From Candidatus Woesearchaeota archaeon (GTDB lineage: Archaea; Nanobdellota; Nanobdellia; Woesearchaeales; UBA11576), in contig JBDRET010000024.1 of assembly GCA_043819495.1 (NCBI GenBank), forward strand, positions 7,177 to 71,176: a DNA stretch of 64,000 bases, written 5' to 3'. A program made the position numbers and the translations under genes. Shown piece after piece: positions 57,060 through 64,000 of the stretch. The notes beneath the pieces are model-generated. The model saw nothing but the letters and a program-made list of their open reading frames with translations. It was not told where the DNA came from and made no database searches. Numbering within the stretch: position 1 is the first letter of the stretch; every line of letters begins with the position of its first letter.

Positions 57060-57308
57060 TCATATCATCTCAAGCAGGCTCGCTATATTCCATATCTGGG
57101 TCCTAGTGTAAGCCTGTATATTGGTATCATCAGAAATCTCGTCGAGTGTGCTAAGGACCTTGTTGATCTTCATCGACATGTCTTCTCCATTCTCTTCTTT
57201 TAGGATAGAGACGATCTCTTCGACCTTGGACTTTACGTTTCGTGGAACAGTATTATCATTGGCAAGCTCTTCTAAAGACTCGATGATGTTGCCAATCTTT
57301 TCATCCAT
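57060..57308 (-). CDS. Small archaeal protein, possibly UPF0147 family
   Basis: 82 aa, acidic and helical. Assignment is by size and composition only. Confidence 0.3.
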   Translation of the reverse strand: MDEKIGNIIESLEELANDNTVPRNVKSKVEEIVSILKEENGEDMSMKINKVLSTLDEISDDTNIQAYTRTQIWNIASLLEMI

Positions 57309-57345
57309 ATTGTGTTCCCCGTAGTTAGCATAAGAATGTCCATTC

Positions 57346-57711
57346 TCAGCTTGACATCTCCTTCATGACTTCAGCCTGTAGTGCTGCTGTCTTCTCTCGC
57401 ATCTTCTCTTCCTGCCTCTCAAGGCTCTTCACCCGTAATTCGGCAGTCTCTTTCTTCTGTGAAAGGTCTTTTGTAAGTTCATCCTTATTTGATCTGACCA
57501 TGACATTACCTATTATCTTGTAGGCTTCTTCAGATGTCTTGAGCTCTTCCAGTGCTGATGTTATCTCCATAAGTTGTGCCTGGAATGCCTGTTTCTGTGC
57601 CAAGAAATTCTGCAAGGAATGTTCCATTGTAGAAAGCTTGTTTATCTTCTCCTGAACATCTGTCTTGACATCATCCATCTTACTTCTTCTCCTCCTTAGC
57701 CGCGCCTTCAA
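57346..57711 (-). CDS. pfdB: Prefoldin beta subunit
   Basis: Coiled coil, beta-hairpin, coiled coil in ~120 aa. 'VMVRSNKDELTKDLSQKKE' forms the hairpin region. Confidence 0.7.
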   Translation of the reverse strand: MKARLRRRRSKMDDVKTDVQEKINKLSTMEHSLQNFLAQKQAFQAQLMEITSALEELKTSEEAYKIIGNVMVRSNKDELTKDLSQKKETAELRVKSLERQEEKMREKTAALQAEVMKEMSS

Positions 57712-57910
57712 ACACGATAAGGAGCTGTGATATTGAATTCAATGTCGCACGCAGAGCGACTGCATCATTAGCGGTTATGTCAAACTCCACGCCATCATCT
57801 TTTTTCGTGACTGTGAATGATGATCTGTCAAAGGAAGTCTCTTCCGGCACAAGGCATTCCAATAGCCTGCCAGGAGCCCCCTTTGCGAAAAGCTTTGCAG
57901 CATAATCCAT
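57680..57910 (-). CDS. KEOPS subunit Pcc1-like
   Basis: ~76 aa with 'NDAVALRATLNSISQLLIV', matching the Pcc1 'ALRASLNS' motif. Located in a conserved archaeal L37ae/RpoP/prefoldin neighbourhood. Confidence 0.45.
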   Translation of the reverse strand: MDYAAKLFAKGAPGRLLECLVPEETSFDRSSFTVTKKDDGVEFDITANDAVALRATLNSISQLLIVFEGAAKEEKK

Positions 57911-57913
57911 GTT

Positions 57914-58051
57914 TTACCTTGCCTTGATCTTAGTCGAGACAAGCCTTGGCTTGAATAGCATCTTACTGCCGCAGTAAGGGCATCGCACTTTCTTGCGGAT
58001 ATACTCCATACCGACTTTCTTGTTGCAGTCAAAGCACTTGTATTCAACCAT
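57914..58051 (-). CDS. rpoP: DNA-directed RNA polymerase subunit P (Rpb12 homolog), 45 aa; missed by the ORF track (too short)
   Basis: Minus-strand ATG translates to MVEYKCFDCNKKVGMEYIRKKVRCPYCGSKMLFKPRLVSTKIKAR, with two CxxC pairs. The frame depends on the length of a T-run near 58018-58022; this call follows the ORF track's implied sequence. Confidence 0.55.
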   Translation of the reverse strand: MVEYKCFDCNKKVGMEYIRKKVRCPYCGSKMLFKPRLVSTKIKAR

Positions 58052-58052
58052 C

Positions 58053-58463
58053 TTATGCTACCTCTGCATCCTCGGCAGGTGTTTTTTGCTCTTCCAGCTC
58101 TGGAGGGATGTCTGATTCTGGTGCTGATGCTTCTTTCTCTTCTTCAGCATCTTGGTCGTCCTCTAAATCTTCCTCTTCTGTGACCTCTTCCTGGATGACC
58201 TCGACCTCTTCTGCCTTGATTATATCCCTTGCAGAAGCTTTCTTAACTTGTTCGTAAGTGTAAGCCTTACCAGCGAACTTTGCTTTGCATTTATCACAGA
58301 ACCAGATGCCTCTTGATTCCCTTTTAACCTTTACATAATTACAGAAAGGGCATTTATGAAGTCCTCTGTGTCCTTTCTCTATTGCAGCGACTTTTTCTTT
58401 GTTTCTACGACCGTATCTTGGTCCATATCGATTTGTAGAACCTGAATTTGTTTTTTTAGCCAT
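58053..58463 (-). CDS. rpl37ae: Ribosomal protein L37Ae with an acidic C-terminal extension
   Basis: 'GPRYGRRNKEKV...HKCPFCNY...GIWFCDKCKAKFAGKAYT' zinc ribbon. Confidence 0.8.
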   Translation of the reverse strand: MAKKTNSGSTNRYGPRYGRRNKEKVAAIEKGHRGLHKCPFCNYVKVKRESRGIWFCDKCKAKFAGKAYTYEQVKKASARDIIKAEEVEVIQEEVTEEEDLEDDQDAEEEKEASAPESDIPPELEEQKTPAEDAEVA

Positions 58464-58599
58464 TTTAACCCTTTAATGTTTTTAAACTGTCTTTTTGACC
58501 GTTATTTTGGATATTATTTGCTTTTTAGTCATTAAAAGCAGATATTGTGTCAATTTTTGTTTGTTTATAAAATTTGCTTGATTTGTTGTGGTTTGAGGG

Positions 58600-58760
58600 A
58601 ATATAAATGCAAAAATCCTCAAAATCCTGTTAGGGATTTTGGGATGCCAAAACGTTTTCGTTTTGAGCATAATCTCGATTCCCTGCGGTCATCGGGATTG
58701 TTGAGCATATAAAAACACAAAATCCCGACTCGCAAGCTCATCGGAATTTTGTCTTTCTTA
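58600..58760 (+). repeat. Three related hairpin repeats ('aaaatcc(c/t)g ... (c)ggatttt') between the tRNA and the rpl37ae start
   Basis: 'aaaatcctgttagggatttt', a 'gattccctgcggtcatcgggatt' region, and 'aaaatcccgactcgcaagctcatcggaatttt'. Confidence 0.35.
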
Positions 58761-58763
58761 AAT

Positions 58764-58873
58764 GGGGCTACCCGGATTTGAACCGGGGTCACATGGCCCC
58801 AAACCACGAATGATAGTTGCTTCAACGTAACCCAGTAAACTGGTTTACGCTGGCCAAGCTACACCATAGCCCC
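58764..58873 (-). tRNA. Intron-containing tRNA (110 nt; anticodon not resolved, GAA/Phe is one candidate)
   Basis: Minus strand: acceptor 5' GGGGCUA paired with 3' UAGCCCC-A, T-arm CCCGG-UUCAAAU-CCGGG, and ~35 extra nt in the anticodon/variable region that imply one or more non-canonical introns. A possible anticodon loop 'UUGAAGC' has G37. Confidence 0.6.
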
Positions 58874-58967
58874 ATATGTCTTTCTGGGTTTTTGAGGCGG
58901 TATTTAAAGGTTTTGTAGTTAGGTTCAGTCTAATGTTTTATATACCACCTTTTTCTCTTGTTGATAC

Positions 58968-60074
58968 GTGGCACAGATCGATGAGATTCAGAGGTATCAC
59001 CTCAAGAAATTCGTGAAAGAGTTAAGCAAGCATAGAGGCAGGCATACAGAGCTTGTCAGCGTGTATATCCCTGCAGGCTATGACCTCAACCTCATCATGA
59101 ACCATATCTCTCAGGAGCAGGGTACAGCCTCCAATATCAAGAGTAAGCAGACAAGGGAGAATGTAATAGGTGCACTTGAGAGGATAATCCAGCATCTGAG
59201 ACTGTTCAAGAAGACTCCAACGAACGGACTTGCAGTATTTGCAGGGAATGTTGCAGAGAAAGAAGGACAGGAAAATCTGCAGGTATGGAGCATAGAGCCA
59301 CCAGTGCCTCTGAAATTCCGGACATACAGATGTGACAAGGAATTCGTCATCGAACCGCTACGTGACATGCTTGATAATAAAGAAGTATATGGGCTGGTAG
59401 TGCTTGACAGAAGGGATGCGATGCTTGCACTGCTGAAAGGCAAAGCACTCATACCGATGCGCAAGACACATTCAGAAGTCCCTGGAAAGATGCGGGCAGG
59501 AGGACAGTCTGCACCAAGGTTCGCCCGTCTAAGGGAAGGAGCGATCAAGGACCATTACAAGAAAGTTGCAGAATACATGAAAGAGGAATTTCTCAAGCTC
59601 GAAGGCCTTAAGGGCATAATCATAGGAGGGCCTGGAGTCACCATAAATGATTTCATAGGTCATGATTACCTGACAGGTGACCTGAAGAAGAAGATCATCG
59701 GGACAAAAGACCTGTCATACACAGAAGAGTTCGGACTTCAAGAGCTGCTTGAGAAGAGCGAGGACCTGCTTTCCGCAGAAGAGGTCTCTGCAGAGAAGAA
59801 GATAGTCAGCCAGTTCCTCCAGTATCTTGCAAAGAGTCCCGAGATGGTCAGCTACGGGCAAGACCATGTCAAGAAAGTGCTTGCGATGGGCGCTGTTAAC
59901 ATTTTGCTCCTTTCTGAAAGTCTAGACGAAGATGAACTTGAAGCGTTTGAGGAAGATGCAAAGAAAGTAGGATCTGAAGTCAGGATAATCTCGGTCGATA
60001 CCCGTGAAGGGGTGCAGCTCCGTGAACTTGGCAAGATTGCTGCGATATTGCGATACCCAGTCAGCACAGAGTAG
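58968..60074 (+). CDS. prf1: Peptide chain release factor aRF1
   Basis: 'GGQSAPRFARL' (GGQ motif) and NIKS-like 'TASNIKS'. GTG start ~24 nt downstream of 'ttttatata'. Confidence 0.9.
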   Translation: MAQIDEIQRYHLKKFVKELSKHRGRHTELVSVYIPAGYDLNLIMNHISQEQGTASNIKSKQTRENVIGALERIIQHLRLFKKTPTNGLAVFAGNVAEKEGQENLQVWSIEPPVPLKFRTYRCDKEFVIEPLRDMLDNKEVYGLVVLDRRDAMLALLKGKALIPMRKTHSEVPGKMRAGGQSAPRFARLREGAIKDHYKKVAEYMKEEFLKLEGLKGIIIGGPGVTINDFIGHDYLTGDLKKKIIGTKDLSYTEEFGLQELLEKSEDLLSAEEVSAEKKIVSQFLQYLAKSPEMVSYGQDHVKKVLAMGAVNILLLSESLDEDELEAFEEDAKKVGSEVRIISVDTREGVQLRELGKIAAILRYPVSTE

Positions 60075-60076
60075 AG

Positions 60077-60841
60077 GTGTGCACACTAACAGATAAAATG
60101 GAAGATACCAACCTCGCGGAAACTGCGTACAGGTCATTGTTCCCTGATTCTACATTTAACTATACTTTTATCGTTACATATTCCGGCCGATTGAAAGATT
60201 ATGGTGCGTATGTCTCAATGAAAGGCACGTTGCTTGAATTCAAGATGTCCTGTCTATGGTATCAGATATCACCCGAGATACAGATGGGTCTGATGCAGGA
60301 ACTGATATTGAAATTATTCAAGCGGAAGAAGTCATCGATGTATATCGATCTGTATAACAGTTTCGTGAAGAATCTGCATATCGCAGTGCCTAAGGATGAT
60401 GTCGATCCTGAGCTTCAGCAGTGTTTTGACAGGGTGAATGAAAGGTATTTTTTGGGTCTTGTCGAGATGCCTAATCTTGTATGGGGAAAGTTCGCTACGA
60501 CCACATTCGGCAGCTATGATTTCAAGTGTGACAGGATCACAATCAGCAGAGTGTTCAAGGAGATCGATGATCAGCAGTATATCGATTACATAATGTTCCA
60601 TGAGATGCTGCATAAGCAGAGAAAATTCTTCAAGTCAGGAGCACGCACATATTACCATGACAAGAAGTTCAAGAGGCTTGAGAAAGTGTTTGAGCAGGGC
60701 CCTCAGATAGAGAAAGACCTGAGCAGAGTTGTTGCAAGGGCAAAGGCAACAGCTGCGTACAGGGACAGGACTGTAAAGAAGAAGGATGATTCAATATCAA
60801 GACAGAAGACGACTATGGGTAGGTTGTTTGGGTGGCTGTGA
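60077..60841 (+). CDS. YgjP/DUF45 (SprT/WLM-like) metal-dependent hydrolase
   Basis: 'FGSYDFKCDRITISRVF' then 'IDYIMFHEMLHK' (HExxH) then 'HDKKF'. Confidence 0.5.
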   Translation: MCTLTDKMEDTNLAETAYRSLFPDSTFNYTFIVTYSGRLKDYGAYVSMKGTLLEFKMSCLWYQISPEIQMGLMQELILKLFKRKKSSMYIDLYNSFVKNLHIAVPKDDVDPELQQCFDRVNERYFLGLVEMPNLVWGKFATTTFGSYDFKCDRITISRVFKEIDDQQYIDYIMFHEMLHKQRKFFKSGARTYYHDKKFKRLEKVFEQGPQIEKDLSRVVARAKATAAYRDRTVKKKDDSISRQKTTMGRLFGWL

Positions 60842-61037
60842 GCCAGTTTTTATGTCCCTTTTATGTTATCTTAATCTTGTTTTATATCATAATTCTGCTT
60901 TATACTGCAATTATGCTTTGATCGCATCACCTAATTAATAGTATATTTGTGCAATCCACCAAAATATTTATAAACATGGTCAGAAAAAGGGTTTGTAGGT
61001 TCTTTATTACTGAAAAACGGATTATTAAGGGATATAT

Positions 61038-61448
61038 ATGGAAACAGAGGGAGAAACCAAGAAAGCAAGTGTAGGCGGTCTGCAGAAAGGTGCATACATC
61101 GTTGTTGATGGTGTAGCATGCAAGATAGTCTCTACAGCGACTTCCAGACCTGGAAAACACGGCCATGCGAAAGTTAATCTGATGGCTGTAGGTATACTTG
61201 ATGGCAAGAAAAGGAACATGATACTTCCAGGGCATGATAGTGTTGACGTTCCTATAATAGGTAAGATGAGCGCACAGGTGCTCTCAATAACCGGTGACAA
61301 AGCAAGTGTAATGGATATCGAGACATATGAGACATTCGATCTGGATATACCTGATGAGCTGAAAGGTCAGATAACTGAAGGTGCAGAGGTACTGTACTGG
61401 GTCGTGCTGACTGAGCGAGTCATGAAGCAGGTCAAAGGCGCTGAGTAA
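61038..61448 (+). CDS. eif5a: Translation initiation factor 5A
   Basis: Hypusination loop 'TSRPGKHGHAKVNL'. Confidence 0.9.
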   Translation: METEGETKKASVGGLQKGAYIVVDGVACKIVSTATSRPGKHGHAKVNLMAVGILDGKKRNMILPGHDSVDVPIIGKMSAQVLSITGDKASVMDIETYETFDLDIPDELKGQITEGAEVLYWVVLTERVMKQVKGAE

Positions 61449-61461
61449 GGAGTGAATAAAA

Positions 61462-61623
61462 ATGGCAAAATTCGATGAGGCTATAGCAAGAAAATTCGCA
61501 AATATCTTCGTATGCAGAAGGTGCAAGTCAAAGGTCCGGGCCCCTAACCTGAAAGTGATTGCAGGCAAGGTAAGCTGCAGGAAGTGCGGAACCAAAGCTC
61601 TCAAGCCTAAGAGAAGGAAGTAA
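61462..61623 (+). CDS. rpl40e: Ribosomal protein L40e (53 aa; missed by the ORF track)
   Basis: Translates to MAKFDEAIARKFANIFVCRRCKSKVRAPNLKVIAGKVSCRKCGTKALKPKRRK, a C4 zinc ribbon. It starts 14 nt after the eIF5A stop. Confidence 0.6.
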   Translation: MAKFDEAIARKFANIFVCRRCKSKVRAPNLKVIAGKVSCRKCGTKALKPKRRK

Positions 61624-61684
61624 ACATCCTATTCATAAATAGTTAAATATTTTCTAGTATCTAAAAAAGAAGTGAATTGATAAA

Positions 61685-62878
61685 ATGGGATTTTTCCAAG
61701 ACTACCGCTGGGTCATCTTATTCTATTCTACTATCATATTGTTGGTCTATATCTTCAGGAAGAAATTTGATGTGCATCATAAGTTCCTTGCGATGTACCG
61801 GACCAAGGTCGGCATCAAGCTGATGGATAAGATTGGGGTGAAGCACTCAGAGACTGTAAAGCTGCTGGGCTATATAGGGATTGGTGTCGGGTACAGCGGT
61901 CTTGTATTGATAGTATATTACCTTATGAAGAACCTGTTCAATCTTCTTACAGTACCTACTGCGACTTCTGCAATAAGCCTGGTCATTCCGGGAGTCAAGA
62001 TCCCGGGCAGTCCGATAATGATACCTTTGATAACCGGATGGATAGCGTTATTCATTGTCATACTCGTGCATGAATTCTCTCATGGTGTTGTCGCTCGCGC
62101 ACATAAGATCCCTGTCAAGTCATCAGGAATATTCTTCATGGGACCTCTCATGGGTGCGTTTGTCGAGCCTGAAGAGAAAAAACTGAGAAAAGCATCTGAC
62201 ACGACACAATATTCAGTATATGCTGCAGGACCTTTCTCTAATGTCCTGCTCGCAATGCTCTGCCTGTTCATGCTCACTTATGCATTTGATCCTGTACTTA
62301 GTTCAATGTCAACAGAAGTCGGGGTATCTGTTGTTGGCGTCACTGAAGGATACCCTGCAATGGATGCCGGACTTGAAGGAGGCATGGTGATAACTGCAGT
62401 AAATGATGTCTCAATAACAAATCATGCAAAGTTCACTGAAACCATGCAGGATATAGGTCCTGGAGAAGAGATCACGATAACTACTGACAGTGCTGTGTAT
62501 GATATAGTGACTGTTGAAAATCCTTCAGATGCGAAGAAAGGATACATAGGTATAATGGCCTCGACTAAGTCAAAGACTGAGCTGAACAACCAGGCATCAT
62601 ACTATAAGATATTGCATAGGATACTCATGTGGTTAGGAGAGCTCATGGCCATAACAGGACTATTGAGCCTCGGTATAGGTCTTGCAAACCTGCTGCCTCT
62701 TGGTCCTGTAGATGGCGGAAGGATGCTACAGGTATCTTTAGAGAAGATAAAAGGACTAGAGACAGGCGAATCATGGTGGCGGAAAGTAAGTGTCGCTACA
62801 TTATGCCTGTTGGCAATAAACATATTCTGGCCTGTGATAAAATGGGTTACAGGACAGATAGGAAAGATATTCCTTTAA
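61685..62878 (+). CDS. Site-2 protease (M50 family) with a PDZ domain
   Basis: 'ILVHEFSHGVVA' (HExxH within a TM helix), PDZ 'GMVITAVNDVSITN', and 'LANLLPLGPVDGGRM'. Confidence 0.7.
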   Translation: MGFFQDYRWVILFYSTIILLVYIFRKKFDVHHKFLAMYRTKVGIKLMDKIGVKHSETVKLLGYIGIGVGYSGLVLIVYYLMKNLFNLLTVPTATSAISLVIPGVKIPGSPIMIPLITGWIALFIVILVHEFSHGVVARAHKIPVKSSGIFFMGPLMGAFVEPEEKKLRKASDTTQYSVYAAGPFSNVLLAMLCLFMLTYAFDPVLSSMSTEVGVSVVGVTEGYPAMDAGLEGGMVITAVNDVSITNHAKFTETMQDIGPGEEITITTDSAVYDIVTVENPSDAKKGYIGIMASTKSKTELNNQASYYKILHRILMWLGELMAITGLLSLGIGLANLLPLGPVDGGRMLQVSLEKIKGLETGESWWRKVSVATLCLLAINIFWPVIKWVTGQIGKIFL

Positions 62879-62908
62879 TTCCTGCATCATCATAGAGGTA
62901 TTTTTGAT

Positions 62909-63763
62909 ATGATACACATAATACTTCTCGAACCTGTAATCCCTGGAAATGTTGGAGCGATAGCAAGGGTGATGAAGAACTTCGGTTTTGAAAAGCTCGT
63001 CCTTGTCGGGCCGCATTGTGACCATCTTTGTGATGAAGCCAGGAACAGGGCAAAGCACGCGCAGGAGATACTTGATAATGCTGAAGTGTCTGAATTCTTT
63101 GTGGTGGAAGAATATGATTATCTTATCGCGACGACAGCGAAGATGGGGAGCGAGTACAACATCTCACGGTCTCCATTGACTCCTGAGGAACTGGCAAGAA
63201 AAGTCAAGGGGATCGACCCTAATAAGAGGATCGCTTTGGTCATAGGCCGTGAAGGTCCTGGAATGTTCAACGAAGAGATCGCAAAATGTGACTTCATAAC
63301 GACTATACCTGCGGATCCTGCCTACCCGACGCTGAACATATCACATTCTGTTGCGGTGCTGCTCTACGCATTGCATAGTGAGCTTGCAGCGAACAGTTCC
63401 GCAAGCCATGTCATCCCGATAGGTAAGCAGGAGAAGGATCATCTGCTCCGCATGTTCAATGAACTTTTTGACAGGCTGCACTGGGAGACTCCTGAACGCA
63501 GAGAGACCCAGGAGACGCTCTGGAAGCGAGTGCTCGGAAAGGCGATGTTGACTAAGCGAGAAGCGTTTGCTGTGATGGGGTTGTTGACAAAAGTGCTGTA
63601 TAAGATAGGGGATGGTAATCCTAAACCCGTATTGAAATCATCATCTAAACCAAAGCAGAAGCAAAGACCTCAGGCAAAGCCAAATAAGCCAACACTGAAG
63701 ACAAATACCCTGACAAAGGTAAGAAAGCCTGTTCACAAGAAAAATGGCAAAAGATATAAATAA
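62909..63763 (+). CDS. SPOUT-class RNA 2'-O-methyltransferase (TrmJ-like) with a Lys-rich C-terminal tail
   Basis: 'ILLEPVIPGNVGAIARVMKNFGF', 'LVIGREGPG' and 'ISHSVAVLLYAL' are SpoU motifs. Confidence 0.6.
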   Translation: MIHIILLEPVIPGNVGAIARVMKNFGFEKLVLVGPHCDHLCDEARNRAKHAQEILDNAEVSEFFVVEEYDYLIATTAKMGSEYNISRSPLTPEELARKVKGIDPNKRIALVIGREGPGMFNEEIAKCDFITTIPADPAYPTLNISHSVAVLLYALHSELAANSSASHVIPIGKQEKDHLLRMFNELFDRLHWETPERRETQETLWKRVLGKAMLTKREAFAVMGLLTKVLYKIGDGNPKPVLKSSSKPKQKQRPQAKPNKPTLKTNTLTKVRKPVHKKNGKRYK

Positions 63764-63799
63764 TCGCCAGACAATATCGCACACTATCAAGGTAATAAA

Positions 63800-64000
63800 A
63801 TGGCAGATGAGAAGGAAAACAAGGGAATAACCGTCAAGAAGTCAGAGAATTTCTCTGAATGGTATACTCAGACCATACAGAAAGCAGAGCTTGCTGATTA
63901 CTCAAAAGTCTCAGGGTGTATGATATTTCGGCCTCGTGCATATTCTATGTGGGAAGTTGTCCAGCAGGTTGTAGGAAATGAGTTCAAACGTGCAGGCATA
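63800..64000 (+). CDS. proS: Partial CDS (N-terminus only): archaeal-type prolyl-tRNA synthetase
   Basis: Translates to MADEKENKGITVKKSENFSEWYTQTIQKAELADYSKVSGCMIFRPRAYSMWEVVQQVVGNEFKRAGI. Runs off the window. Confidence 0.65.
   Translation, partial: MADEKENKGITVKKSENFSEWYTQTIQKAELADYSKVSGCMIFRPRAYSMWEVVQQVVGNEFKRAGI

Noticed and set aside
57775-58047. 90-aa minus-strand ORF from the ORF track
   Set aside because: It is the +1 frame of rpoP, reading through its stop. It has no recognisable motifs and overlaps the Pcc1-like gene. A shadow ORF.
58764-58873. Plus-strand tRNA reading of the same locus
   Set aside because: The plus strand lacks a T-arm at its 3' end. Only the minus strand gives acceptor/T-arm complementarity.
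1-64000. CRISPR arrays, rRNA genes, prophage or integrase genes
   Set aside because: No regularly spaced direct repeats with unique spacers, no rRNA-like GC-rich blocks, and no integrase or transposase ORFs were seen anywhere in the window.

Overview
This is a coding-dense, AT-rich (roughly 40% GC by eye) segment of an archaeal chromosome. The archaeal assignment rests on the class-I CCA-adding enzyme, aRF1, aIF5A, ribosomal proteins L37Ae and L40e, RpoP, TFS, Pth2, prefoldin beta, Pcc1, SRP54, Taw1 and an archaeal-type ProRS. Housekeeping genes (thrS, glyA, folC, pcm, corA, the SRP54 gene) are interleaved with five less ordinary regions. (1) At 0.8-8.7 kb, three tandem paralogous small polytopic membrane proteins, two coiled-coil proteins, a DUF87/HerA-like ATPase and an unusually long FlaI/GspE-family secretion ATPase sit together with no FlaJ/TadC partner; this is a candidate uncharacterised ATPase-driven membrane machinery. 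(2) At 8.7-11.4 kb, a GAF-GAF class III nucleotidyl cyclase is divergently paired with a protein that looks like a diadenylate-cyclase (DAC) domain with substituted catalytic motifs. (3) At 22.9-33 kb, a supercluster of pyrimidine deoxynucleotide and thymidylate genes includes a 588-aa tandem-fused ThyX-like protein with variant RHR motifs, a Tmk-like kinase, FolC, a flavin reductase, SHMT, a UPF0200-kinase::dCMP-deaminase fusion, a second UPF0200 kinase and a tandem Dcd-like protein. (4) SRP54 is interrupted in its P-loop by a ~598-aa LAGLIDADG intein. (5) Several non-coding repeat families are present. One is a four-copy family of ~105-140 nt intergenic hairpin elements with a conserved core ('agcgctcgc ... 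aactgca ... cagctcgctaggcRg') and copy-specific compensatory terminal stems; one copy is flanked by a 9-bp direct repeat. A second is a two-copy 'attgtggRgtcaagaacc ... ggttcttga' hairpin family. A third is a 233-bp GC-rich element bounded by 13-bp inverted repeats, with a solo 20-mer copy at 2.8 kb. There is also one intron-containing tRNA. No CRISPR array and no rRNA were seen. Coordinates follow the supplied ORF track (stop codons included). Where I trimmed starts by hand, counting is approximate to a few nucleotides.
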